Counted from the first letter of the stretch, positions 21,101 to 29,773 are shown. The stretch is DNA of 33,258 nt from Chlamydiales bacterium (GCA_047611865.1 JBLFWS010000020.1:1-33258); one strand, 5' to 3'. The notes: generated from the letters alone by a model not told the origin. Program-made: numbers and translations.

Positions 21101-21599
21101 GGGCCAGGGGATGCTTACATACATTCCAAGGGATAGTGATCAAGAACGCAAAGAATACTGGGATAGTCAGTGGAAGACATGTGACTCAACAGAACTTTCT
21201 GAAAAGATCCAAGGTCGTTTTGATCGTACAGAGATCGCACAAATGTTCAAGCTGAATCCTGAAGATGTACCTGAAAGAAGTGAAGCCTTTCAATCAAAGG
21301 CCGGGTATTTGGCTGATTTTATACATGACAAAGACACCAGTGATCAAGATGTAAAAGATCTTATCAGTTTTGTCACAGGCGCTGAAAGCCTACCTCCAGG
21401 TGTTCGCATAACTTTAAAAGAAAGAAGAATCGGAGCTCCTTCTGCTCTTCCTTACACACATACTTGTGCCAATCAATTAGACCTCTGGCACGAGAGTATC
21501 TCACCAAACGAAAGCAATGAATATGGCGATGACAGCTATGAAAACTTTGTCAAAACCCTTAGAGTTGCTATTCGTACTGGTGGTTTTGGGCATATATAG
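18183..21599 (+). CDS. LRR-repeat protein with C-terminal HECT-like E3 ubiquitin ligase domain (putative secreted effector)
   Basis: AGGAGG SD and 22 LRRs. HECT motifs: GVDYGGLAKEY (aa ~778), LISFVTGAESLP, LPYTHTCANQLDL (Cys1095), SYENFVKTLRVAI..GGFGHI*. Confidence 0.88.
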   Translation: MLPDLPISSQEACSNFLAKLVEEEGLNNSDLTDLPHRELTDFVQKTLESTNITSLIAILPDIATETNLKIVEKVKSVVDILLSPYISHEEAVVETSSKDLLRSYQRLKDLPQNLKLSQILGEIVYSLGTGYPELGVQDVPLIEEELIEKIELIKNHQVNERDGATDTVVITIGNGKRLCFPAEKAERVVASFAQHITHLELVSNEITEDLMSKILTKNLSNLSHLLIKNNNIKRLQSLPELQALTSLNCRNCDQLESLPELQALTSLNCRSCDNLYSLPELQALTSLDCSDCGNLYSLPELQALTSLNCSDCGQLQSLPELQALTSLDCYDCGNLYSLPKLQALTSLNCRSCDNLQSLPELEALTGLSCSGCVQLKSLPELEALTGLSCSGCVQLKSLPELQALTSLDCSHCNNLQSLPELQALTSLNCSYCGQLESLPEELQALTSLNCSHCDQLKSLPEELQALTSLNCRSCDNLQSLPELQALTSLDCYDCGNLYSLPKLQALTSLNCSDCGQLQSLPELQALTSLDCRSCGQLQSLPNLQALTSLNCSNCGQLQSLSELEALTSLNCSDCGQLQSLSELEALTSLDCRSCGQLQSLSELEALTSLNCSHCGQLQSLPELQALTSLNCNHCVQLESLPEPQALTSLSCRSCDNLQSLPELQALARLDCSCCVQLQSLPNFSQAQEIVCRTCPLLNLNFSRPNGCRVFFDSGGMGSSSGEGGISVVRVDVNRSDFDTKESLQKEFSSFAQKLSSVSSEKVRLFIHFKGREGQTETGVDYGGLAKEYLRLLIKSSLNKGTAKEDTAIFLKDEEGNLNCKLREGSLDQDRENLKNLGKIIMASCLSTNTRTDPWQDKLITGCFFNKSLIDKIKLFDSQDFLESPENISADTRGKLLQAFEENNPLFKDYLALFRTETFGDVNVEALKEAKDILTFDEEVPDKFEDESQWQSFRQGVIHYLEKEFVGIEALHALGQGMLTYIPRDSDQERKEYWDSQWKTCDSTELSEKIQGRFDRTEIAQMFKLNPEDVPERSEAFQSKAGYLADFIHDKDTSDQDVKDLISFVTGAESLPPGVRITLKERRIGAPSALPYTHTCANQLDLWHESISPNESNEYGDDSYENFVKTLRVAIRTGGFGHI
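18894..20219 (+). repeat. Tandem array of 22 x 60-bp units (two are 63 bp) encoding the LRR LPELQALTSLxCxxCxxLxS
   Basis: Directly visible periodicity; 1326 bp = 22x60 + 2x3. Confidence 0.97.
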
Positions 21600-21822
21600 G
21601 GGTCTGAAGTCCAACGGTACGGAAAGTCGCTCTAAGGAGCTCAGCCTAAATTTTCAGATCTTGCAGTTGAAGGCTCTGATGCAAATGCTTTTCCAAGCGA
21701 GATATTCTCTCCTTAGAAGACCAGGCCACCTTTTTCTTTACCATGTCATGTTTCCTCAATCTAGAATTTGAGAACAGGCATAACATTTAGGGAAATTCCG
21801 TCTATTCATGCACCAACGCAAT

Positions 21823-21887
21823 TTTCTCAGTGTTCTCCGTGTTCTCTGTAGTTAATTCTTTTTTTTTCTTCTGATTTTCCTTCACGG
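21823..21887 (-). repeat. REP-like unit (right arm of the inverted pair around the effector island)
   Basis: Reverse complement CCGTGAAGGAA...AATTAACTACAGAGAACACGGAGAACA matches 17585-17642. Confidence 0.7.
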
Positions 21888-22062
21888 TCTTAGCGTTTTG
21901 GTAGGGCAATCGAATTATAGGCAATATTTTAAAATAGTTTTTCGATATTTCTTAGAAGCTAAATATTTTAAGCGATAGTATAACTTGGAATAGCTGTCTG
22001 CCATTATAAATTCTGAGTGAGTGGCGCACCTGCTGGTGCTCACATTTTTTTCTTACCATTAT

Positions 22063-22117
22063 ACCGGGTCTTGCTCGCAAGCTCGCTACGACCCGGCCTA
22101 CATAATGCCGCTTCTCT
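22063..22117. repeat. REP-like hairpin element (GTAG-type on minus strand), interrupted by an IS
   Basis: Hairpin CCGGGTC-TTGCTCGCAAGCTCGCTAC-GACCCGG followed by CCTAC (GTAGG on the minus strand). The second hairpin TGCCGCTTCTCT continues as AGAGGCGCGGCA at 22814-22825. Confidence 0.65.
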
Positions 22118-22813
22118 GAGAGTGTCAGTGAATCAGGGCAAATATATTGGAATTTTTATGACTGTTGATTGAATCTTACTTCTAGGGATGGTTGCCTGCC
22201 ATATCAAAACCACCAAAGAATGTTTTATTGAGTTTAAATTATATAACAGAAGAAATCTTTTGAAAACACTGCCTAGTTAGTAAAACATTAAAAGTTGTTG
22301 GGTCAGAACTTCTAAAATCGCAGAGCATTGTCCGATTTATGGGGACTTCATCTGCAATCCACCGGTATGCATCATGTTCTTTACATAATTCGCTGATTTT
22401 TCGTCCGGAAGAAACACCATCAATAAAAGCATATAACCAAAGAGCAAACAATACTCTTGGACATGTTGTTGGTTGTCCCGAAGAGCCAACCATTGTTTTA
22501 CTCTTTCTAAAACATGGTTCTGTATCTATCTTTTCGACAAATTCCCAAACTCTTCTTGCCTTGTGGTCTTGAGGAATTCGTTCATCGGGGCTAAAGAATT
22601 CCATTTGAATTTGCGTTCTACAAGGAGTGTAGAGTTTATAATGAACTTTGGGTGATGCTTTCGTGGATTTGTTCATAAGTCGGCCAATTTATGTAGATAT
22701 TAGGGGAAAGTATCTCAGAGTAGCCTATCAAAGGCTTCAAGATGCTAATAAATTACCATACCAAAGAGGTGTATGTCACTTAAAACTAAGCAATAAAATT
22801 CCCTGACACTCTC
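22118..22813 (-). mobile_element. Internally deleted IS1182-family element with both terminal inverted repeats
   Basis: TIRs GAGAGTGTCAGTGAAT / ATTCCCTGACACTCTC (15/16 match) enclose a truncated transposase; exact ends uncertain by a few nt. Confidence 0.75.
22239..22676 (-). pseudogene. IS1182-family transposase, N-terminal (DUF772-like) fragment
   Basis: R.QIQM, IPQDHKARRVWEFVE, G.P...PRVLFALWLYA..GVSSGRKI..LC..H.AYRWI; only 145 aa and no DDE domain. Confidence 0.88.
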
Positions 22814-22825
22814 AGAGGCGCGGCA

Positions 22826-23018
22826 GTGCGCTTGTGATGGTATACGATAAGAGAGGTGAGAGTCCTCTTCAAGAAATGTTGCAATCTTGCAGCTGAAAGT
22901 AACTGCGTCACCGTGAGGTGGGGTGGAGAGCAACTGGAAGCGGATATTCAGGCCGTAGGATAACGAACTCGTTTAGGTTCAAAAACATGGCGAGCACCTC
23001 TTTCGGATTTCGAAGCCT
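22826..23018 (+). mobile_element. Group II intron 5' remnant (part of domain I)
   Basis: Starts GTGCG. Contains GAGAGGTGAGAGTCCTCT, AAAGTAACTGCGTCACCGTGAGGTGGGGTGGAGAGCAACTGGA, CCGTAGGATAACGAACTC and GGCGAG..CGAAGCC, all typical domain I sequence. No RT ORF follows; 3' limit approximate. Confidence 0.8.
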
Positions 23019-23201
23019 GAAACTCAGTACTCACGATAAGCAACTATCATCGATTAAATTTGGGATGTTTTTTCTGAATCCCGGAGTTTACTGTCGTGAG
23101 AAGGTCAATAAATTATTATAATGCGATTGCCCTGGCGTCTGAGTTATCTTTTATTTCTTATTTAGGAGATAAGTAATAAAAAAGTTGAAAAGGTGGCCGA
23201 A

Positions 23202-24062
23202 ATGTTAAAAATTATTTTCAAAGCATTCACGTACATAATTATTCTTATACTTATTCTTACATCGGTTCTTGCCACATTTGTCTGGATTGAGCGTGTTTCT
23301 CTTATGAAAAGGATGTTGACTAAAGCATTTGGGGTATCAGTGGAGATGGAAAGCGTAGATGTCTCCTTAGAGGGCCTTGAAATGCGCTCTTTGCGTATTT
23401 TTAACCCTAAAGGTATCAAAAGGCCTTTTGCTTTGGAAGCTGACGTGGTGAGCCTTAAAATGAATTTCCTGAATTTATTGAATGACCCCATAGAAGTAAA
23501 TGACGTGATCCTGGATGAGGTGAAACTGTTTATGGAAATGTTGGATGCAAGCGGTAAGAAAACTAATTGGACTCCAATTTTAAATAATTTAGATCCAAAT
23601 GCAGAGTTAGAGGAAAGTGATGGCATGATTTCGGGGAATAGAAGACGGGTTGTTATCAAAAATCTTCAAGTGAAAAATATGAAATTTGAAGTGAAACACC
23701 CAGTTTTGGGTACAACAGACACTAAAATTAAAAATATTCAGCTTGCTGATATAGGACGGGGGGGGAAGCTATCTTCAAAGCAGGCTATTCGCTTTATTAT
23801 CAGAGCTATGATTGGCTATGTCACGAAAATACCGAAATTTCATGAAATATTGAAAAACGTCTTGAAACTACCTAAAGATCTTTTTAAGGGGATTTTTTTT
23901 CCGGGCCAAGATCCGCAAGTGAAATTGGAGATAGGTACTGAAAATAAGAAGGGTGACCCGTTGAAAGAAAGCCCTATAAAACCGGGTCTTATTGAGACGA
24001 GCAAGAAGGCAGATAAATTCATGAAAAAACTCAAGCCCTTTGATAAAAATATAGAAAAATAA
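23202..24062 (+). CDS. AsmA-like membrane-anchored protein
   Basis: N-terminal TM segment followed by the beta-rich AsmA-type pattern (V..ESVDVSL..L....L.I.NP.G; TNW..I..NL). Confidence 0.65.
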   Translation: MLKIIFKAFTYIIILILILTSVLATFVWIERVSLMKRMLTKAFGVSVEMESVDVSLEGLEMRSLRIFNPKGIKRPFALEADVVSLKMNFLNLLNDPIEVNDVILDEVKLFMEMLDASGKKTNWTPILNNLDPNAELEESDGMISGNRRRVVIKNLQVKNMKFEVKHPVLGTTDTKIKNIQLADIGRGGKLSSKQAIRFIIRAMIGYVTKIPKFHEILKNVLKLPKDLFKGIFFPGQDPQVKLEIGTENKKGDPLKESPIKPGLIETSKKADKFMKKLKPFDKNIEK

Positions 24063-24133
24063 ATTGAAGAAGAAAAGTGTGAAAACCCTTTGCGTTAAAA
24101 TCTGCTGCTGAAGTATTCTTGCGCCTTAATCAT

Positions 24134-24206
24134 TCCGGAATAGCTCAGTTGGTAGAGCAGTGGACTGTTAATCCATTTGTCGTAGGTTCGAGTCCTACTT
24201 CCGGAG
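24134..24206 (+). tRNA. tRNA-Asn (GTT)
   Basis: TCCGGAA acceptor stem, TAGCTCAGTTGGTAGAGC D-arm, anticodon loop CTGTTAA, GGTTCGAGTCC. Confidence 0.97.
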
Positions 24207-24209
24207 TTG

Positions 24210-24248
24210 AAGCCGCTTTAGAAGAAATTCTAAAGCGGTTTTTTTTTT
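24210..24248 (+). terminator. Intrinsic terminator after tRNA-Asn (convergent with nhaA)
   Basis: CCGCTTTAGAA-GAAA-TTCTAAAGCGG followed by poly-T. Confidence 0.88.
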
Positions 24249-24275
24249 GTGAGGATTGGGAGATAAAGAAATTAC

Positions 24276-25628
24276 TTATGCTTTTTGTGGCAAAGTTTTT
24301 AAGTAGGTCAGAGTAATCAGGGATGCAAGAATTCCTGATAAGAAAGAACCTAGTAAGATTGAAATTTTGGCCGCATTGCAGGTCTCAACGCTTGCACCTG
24401 TAAAAGAAAGTTCTGCGATAAACAAAGACATTGTAAAGCCAATACCTCCTAATAGACCTGCTACAGAAACATGTCTCCAACTCATGTCAGAAGGGAGATC
24501 CGCCATTCCGAATCTGACAGCAAGATAGGAAGCTCCAAAGATCCCTATTGGCTTGCCCAAGGCCAGGCCGGCGACGATTCCAATGGCAAGGTTGTCAACG
24601 AACAAATGTTGAAGGTCTGAGAGGTTGATCGGAATGCCTGTATTGGCCAGTGCAAAGATGGGCATTATTACAAATAAGGCCCAATGTCTCAAGGAGTTAA
24701 TCAGGCGCTGAGAAGGAGAGTATACGTGCTTTACTGTAAGCTGAATTTTGCGAAGAGTTATTTCCTGGCCTTCACTTCTTTGAAAGTGCTTATCTTGTTC
24801 TTCATTATGAAAGCTAAAGTCATTTCTTAGTTCATCAAGACTTTCGATGAAGTGAGGAGATTGAATTTTTCCTGCTAAAGGGATAGAAAAGGCGGTGATG
24901 ACACCCGCAATATCCGGGTTGATTCCTGCTTTATGTAAAAGTAGCCATTGTAGTACTCCCAGAAAGATGTAGGGGAATGTGCTGTAGACCTTTAGTCGGT
25001 TGACCAGAAGTAAAAAGCCGCAAGAGAGGATGGCTCCTATAAGGAAACCCATCTGAATATTTTTTCCATAAAAAAGGGCTATGATGAGGATAGCACCCAT
25101 ATCGTCAGCTGTGGCCAGCGTTAAGAGAAATATCAGCAACGATGGGGGGATTCTGTTTTTGAAAAGAGCAAGAATTCCAACAGCAAAGGCAATGTCTGTG
25201 GCAACAGGGATGCCCCACCCGTGAGCAGCACTTGTGTCGTTATTGAATAGGGCGAATATCAGCGCCGGGGTAACCATTCCTCCAACTGCTGCGATGATAG
25301 GGAGCATGGCTTTCTTTAAGGAAGAAAGCGCGCCGTAGTAAATTTCTCTTTTAATTTCAAGGCCTACAAAGAAGAAGAAAAGGGTCATCAACCCTTCATT
25401 GATCCAATGCTGTAAGGTTTGGGAGAGTGTAAATGAGCCAATACTTAAGGTAATGGGAGTTTGCCAAAAGTTCAGGTAGCCTTGGGTATATGCGGAATTG
25501 GCTAGAGTAAAAGAGATTACTGTTGCCAGTATCAATAAAAGACCACTAAGAAGTTCGCTAGATGTATTAGCCAGGAGGTTTCTCAGGGCTATATAAGGAG
25601 ATGTTTGGGGAGGAGCGTTGCTTGTCAT
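24276..25628 (-). CDS. nhaA: Na+/H+ antiporter NhaA
   Basis: WINEGLM, GLEIKRE, GGMVTPAL, GWGIPVATDIAFA, LATADD, PIFALAN, GKPIGI, GIGFTMSLFI. Confidence 0.95.
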   Translation of the reverse strand: MTSNAPPQTSPYIALRNLLANTSSELLSGLLLILATVISFTLANSAYTQGYLNFWQTPITLSIGSFTLSQTLQHWINEGLMTLFFFFVGLEIKREIYYGALSSLKKAMLPIIAAVGGMVTPALIFALFNNDTSAAHGWGIPVATDIAFAVGILALFKNRIPPSLLIFLLTLATADDMGAILIIALFYGKNIQMGFLIGAILSCGFLLLVNRLKVYSTFPYIFLGVLQWLLLHKAGINPDIAGVITAFSIPLAGKIQSPHFIESLDELRNDFSFHNEEQDKHFQRSEGQEITLRKIQLTVKHVYSPSQRLINSLRHWALFVIMPIFALANTGIPINLSDLQHLFVDNLAIGIVAGLALGKPIGIFGASYLAVRFGMADLPSDMSWRHVSVAGLLGGIGFTMSLFIAELSFTGASVETCNAAKISILLGSFLSGILASLITLTYLKTLPQKA

Positions 25629-25918
25629 GAGTTGTCCAAAAAAGTTTAATGTGTCGTGCTAGGCTATTTACTTGAAGCATTTGATTTTAAGGTGTTCCAT
25701 TCTTATCATGTTTTTTTTTTATAAGTCAATGCTGGCAAGGGACTTATTTTTCTTATTTTTTTTTGGGAAAACTATTATTGAAAAAGGCCCTTTTATCCCC
25801 TGATTAGCTGCAGGGAACGGTTTTAAATTGTCCATGTAGGCAGTTGACAGAAAATCACTTACGTACTATACATTTACCGCATATTGTTAAGGATATTCCT
25901 TCTTATAAACCTCTATAG

Positions 25919-27241
25919 ATGACATTAACAACGAAGAAGACAGTGATGATGAACGGTATTGAACCACGACAGCCAAATGTAATCGAGCTTTTAAAAGAGC
26001 GCGGATTTATTGAGGATATGACCAGTGAGGACATTTCCAAAATTGTTGATACTCCCGTAAAGGTATATGTTGGCTTTGACCCAACAGCCGATAGCCTTCA
26101 TGTAGGTAACCTTGTCGCGATCATGGGTTTGGCGTGGTTTCAACGTCTGGGACACTCTCCGGTAGCGATTATTGGTGGAGCCACAGGAATGGTTGGAGAC
26201 CCCTCAGGAAAGAATTCTGAGAGACAACTTCTCGATCATGATATCATTCAACAAAATCTTAACGGCATTCGCAAGAACCTGGAAAAAGTTCTCGATTTTG
26301 ATGAGTCGAATTGCAGAGCTATTATACTTAACAACTACAACTGGTTTAAAGAATTTGGCTTCATTCAATTTTTACGGGATATAGGCAAGCATTTTCGAGT
26401 TGGTCCAATGTTGGCAAAAGAAAGTGTACGCTCACGCTTGAATTCTGAAGAAGGAATGAGCTTCACTGAATTTTCTTATCAGCTACTTCAGGGATACGAT
26501 TTCCTCCATCTCTTTGACGAGCATGGTGTTACCTTTCAGATGGGAGGGAGCGATCAGTGGGGGAATATCACAGCAGGGACAGAGCTGATTCGTAAGGTAC
26601 GTGGGAAAACTTGTTATGGGGTGACCTTTCCCCTTCTAACACGTAGTGACGGAAAGAAATTTGGAAAATCGGAAGAAGGCACGATTTGGTTGTCTCCAGA
26701 ACGATTGTCTCCCTTTGAATTCTACCAGTACTTTATCCGTATGCCTGATGCTGATGTCATCAAAATGATGTGTTTACTGACATTCATGGATATGAGGGAA
26801 ATACGGCAGTACGAAAATGCTATGCGAGAAGAGGGCTATGTCCCAAATACATCCCAAAAGCGTCTTGCTGAAGAGGTTACGCGTATTGTTCATGGGGAAG
26901 AGGGCATGAAAACAGCAATTCGTGTTACAGATGGAGTAAAGCCAGGTTCTGAGACAGAACTGGATGGTGATATGCTGGAAGGCCTTTCTAAGGATATGCC
27001 AAACGCAAATCTGTCATTAAATGAAGTTGAAGGGTGCAAATATATTGACGTCGCCGTAAAAGCTGGACTACTTTCTAGCAAAAGTGAAGGTCGACGTCTA
27101 ATCCGCAATGGCGGAGCTTATCTTAATAATGTTAAGGTTGATGATGAAGATCTCACCCTTTCAAAAGGCCACTTTATCGAAGGACGCCTTCTTTTACTCG
27201 GATCAGGAAAAAAGAAAAAGGTGATTGTGAGACTAGTTTGA
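25919..27241 (+). CDS. tyrS: Tyrosine--tRNA ligase
   Basis: YVGFDPTADSLHVGN, GDPSGK, EFSYQLLQGYDF, GGSDQWGNI, KFGKS, S4 domain; true start may be 25946/25949. Confidence 0.98.
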   Translation: MTLTTKKTVMMNGIEPRQPNVIELLKERGFIEDMTSEDISKIVDTPVKVYVGFDPTADSLHVGNLVAIMGLAWFQRLGHSPVAIIGGATGMVGDPSGKNSERQLLDHDIIQQNLNGIRKNLEKVLDFDESNCRAIILNNYNWFKEFGFIQFLRDIGKHFRVGPMLAKESVRSRLNSEEGMSFTEFSYQLLQGYDFLHLFDEHGVTFQMGGSDQWGNITAGTELIRKVRGKTCYGVTFPLLTRSDGKKFGKSEEGTIWLSPERLSPFEFYQYFIRMPDADVIKMMCLLTFMDMREIRQYENAMREEGYVPNTSQKRLAEEVTRIVHGEEGMKTAIRVTDGVKPGSETELDGDMLEGLSKDMPNANLSLNEVEGCKYIDVAVKAGLLSSKSEGRRLIRNGGAYLNNVKVDDEDLTLSKGHFIEGRLLLLGSGKKKKVIVRLV

Positions 27242-27457
27242 GGTCTATATCGTTTTTTTTTGATAATACTCTTGAAAGCAAATTAGAAATTTTTATTATA
27301 AGTGGTTTGATGTTTAGAGGTGTCGGTTTTGCCACCCTCAAAAAAATGAATTAAAAAAAGAACTTGCCTGAAATTGACCAGTCGGAAAATATTCGTGGTT
27401 AAGGGATAAGCATAGGAAGTTAACTAACGGTAGCACTTTAACAAAGGAGTCCAGGTT

Positions 27458-27814
27458 ATGGCAACCGTGACGAAGAAGAAATTGATACATACAATATCAC
27501 AGAAGAAAGGGATACATCCAAACGATGTTCGCAATGTGATTCAAGCTTTCCTGGATACGATGACTGAATATCTATCCAATGGAGATCGTCTTGAGTTTCG
27601 TGATTTCGGTGTATTTGAAGTCGTTGAGCGTAAGCAGAAAATAGGCCGCAATCCAAAAGATGCAGCTGTACCAATAGTTATTCCAGCCAGAAGTGCTGTG
27701 AAGTTTACACCAGGCAAGAAGATGCGTCAGCAGGTTGAAGCTATTCTGAAAGGTGAGGGTGACGAGCCTCTAGTGAATGCAGATACAAATACTCACACAT
27801 ATCGTCCATACTAA
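27458..27814 (+). CDS. ihfA: IHF/HU family DNA-binding protein
   Basis: RLEFRDFGVFEVVERKQKIGRNPK, VKFTPGKKM; AAAGGAG SD. Confidence 0.9.
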   Translation: MATVTKKKLIHTISQKKGIHPNDVRNVIQAFLDTMTEYLSNGDRLEFRDFGVFEVVERKQKIGRNPKDAAVPIVIPARSAVKFTPGKKMRQQVEAILKGEGDEPLVNADTNTHTYRPY

Positions 27815-27944
27815 CGGCGTAAACACCCTGCTATGATAGCAAATGTTATCTTACAGAGGCTACTAAGAGTTTTCTTTCCTAGCTTTCCGTTTTGATGCAG
27901 GGGCATCACGAGTTAGATTTGTGAACTTGCATCAGTAAATGTTG

Positions 27945-27983
27945 AAACGGCTTGGTATAAATAACTTACCAAGCCGTTTTTTT
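27945..27983 (+). terminator. Intrinsic terminator downstream of ihfA
   Basis: AAACGGCTTGGTA-loop-TACCAAGCCGTTT followed by T run. Confidence 0.85.
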
Positions 27984-28246
27984 GTCTAATGCTTGCCTAA
28001 AGAATATCCCTTGCTCTTTGTATACCCATTCATGAAGTCATTTCTGTATAACTCATTCGATAGCAATTTTGAGTCAAATTTTTGAATTTGTTTTGAAATA
28101 AAATACTTTGGAAACAGGATGATGAAAATTCCTCGCGAGAGGGATGGAAAGAAGGTGATTGCAAGAAAAGCCTTAACACTTTAGCTTATGGGTAATAATT
28201 AATTCGTAATTAGGTGTAATAATTTCCGTCGTAGAGAGGGCGTTAT

Positions 28247-29773
28247 ATGTCGGGTGAAAAAATACAGAAATATTATTTAGCTTTGCTTTCCGAAAAACAG
28301 TCACTAAGTTCCTTTGAAAAACTTGTCGCAGAATTTTTATCCTGTAAAACCATTGATCCTTCCCTGATAGATGAAGCTCTGTCACAAGATGAAATTCACA
28401 AGAATAACGAACTCGAAAACGATCTGGATATTCAGCGCAAAATATTGGCGCTAAACTGCATGTTGGAACTTTCAGAAGAGAATGAAGAACTAAGAAAACC
28501 TGTTCTTGCAGCCTACAATCGGAGTAAGTACTCTACTTTCGACAGAGACTTTCAGCTTATAGACGGGCTTATTGCTTTGAATGGGCAAATGCTTTCAGTG
28601 GCCAAGAAAAGGGTCTCACCGAAACTTCATTCTACTGGAGCGTGTCCTATGGAGTGGAGAGGGTACTTTCCTTGGGCGACCTTGCCTCAACCAAAACTGC
28701 AAGCGGAAATGGGAGCTGTCTGGGCTATTTTAGGAAGGGTTGCTAATGACGCAAACCTCTTATCTTCTGCATCAAAAGCAGCTGAATGGCAGGTGAATCA
28801 TACTATAGATCATAGGGCTTGTCCCACTCATGGCTTATTCTGGAAAGAAAATCAAGCATCCTTACTCGACATCCTATCTGCTAACATCTTGTTATTTCAT
28901 TCTGTTGCAACATTTTGTGGAAATTCTGAGATTGAAGATCTAGTGCAAAAGCAGCAGTCTTTTTTACCGGAAAAGGTAGAAAATGAAGATCTCTCTTTTC
29001 TTGCCTATGTTTCAATTTTATCTTTCTGGATTGACAGTTTGGTGACAACCCCGATGCCTCAACAATTCTCGATGCAAACATCCTTCTGTGATCCCCATGT
29101 GGCTTTAATAGGGGCTCGTTCAGAGGATTCCCATGTGGCGTGTACTCTACTCGGGAGTAACACCGGCTTGGGAACTTTTTGTAAAGATGAGCTTTCTGTA
29201 ATCAACTATGGACCACAACTCCTTCCTTTGGGAGATTGTAAGAATTTTGGTATTGAACGTACTTTTCGACCTGAAAATGAAAGTAACCCCGAGGCCTTTT
29301 TCGAAGCTAGAGAAGACGGCTTTATTTTGAAAGGAAGCTGCAAGGTTGCGATGCAAACAGGAAATACTTCTACTGCTCACCTCGCTGTTCCAGGACATAG
29401 TGGCATTTGGATGGATGTTTCTCAGGTCTACTCATCGGGAGAGCTCACTTTGGAAGTTTCCCCCTATGGGCTTGAGGTAAACGAAAATTTAGCTTTTGCT
29501 TTTTACGTGAAGGGCAAGTCTTGTGATATCAATGGACTGAAAGTAAGCCCTCGGTCTTTGGATCGTTACGAAGGAACAGTGGAAACAATTCATATCAGGG
29601 GAGAGCATTCCTCTATTAAGATTGAGGCTCCATCCCCAGCACACTCATTACAGGTGATACCTCTTGCAGGAGATAATCATTTTTGGTCTGCGGATTTTCT
29701 TTTGGCCTACTCAATTCCTGTAGAACCAAAAGTTTATTCCTGGAAGCTATCCTCTACTTCTAGCGATAGCTAA
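28247..29773 (+). CDS. Hypothetical protein (508 aa)
   Basis: Long ORF with GAGGG SD; no motif recognised. Confidence 0.8.
   Translation: MSGEKIQKYYLALLSEKQSLSSFEKLVAEFLSCKTIDPSLIDEALSQDEIHKNNELENDLDIQRKILALNCMLELSEENEELRKPVLAAYNRSKYSTFDRDFQLIDGLIALNGQMLSVAKKRVSPKLHSTGACPMEWRGYFPWATLPQPKLQAEMGAVWAILGRVANDANLLSSASKAAEWQVNHTIDHRACPTHGLFWKENQASLLDILSANILLFHSVATFCGNSEIEDLVQKQQSFLPEKVENEDLSFLAYVSILSFWIDSLVTTPMPQQFSMQTSFCDPHVALIGARSEDSHVACTLLGSNTGLGTFCKDELSVINYGPQLLPLGDCKNFGIERTFRPENESNPEAFFEAREDGFILKGSCKVAMQTGNTSTAHLAVPGHSGIWMDVSQVYSSGELTLEVSPYGLEVNENLAFAFYVKGKSCDINGLKVSPRSLDRYEGTVETIHIRGEHSSIKIEAPSPAHSLQVIPLAGDNHFWSADFLLAYSIPVEPKVYSWKLSSTSSDS

Noticed and set aside
21517..21771. 84-aa ORF overlapping the end of the effector gene
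   Set aside because: Overlaps the HECT C-terminus out of frame, with no SD or recognisable motif.
22745..23121. Short ORFs 22745-22933 (-) and 22918-23121 (+)
   Set aside because: They overlap the group II intron domain I remnant; non-coding RNA sequence explains them.
24119..24316. 65-aa ORF
   Set aside because: It overlaps tRNA-Asn and its terminator.
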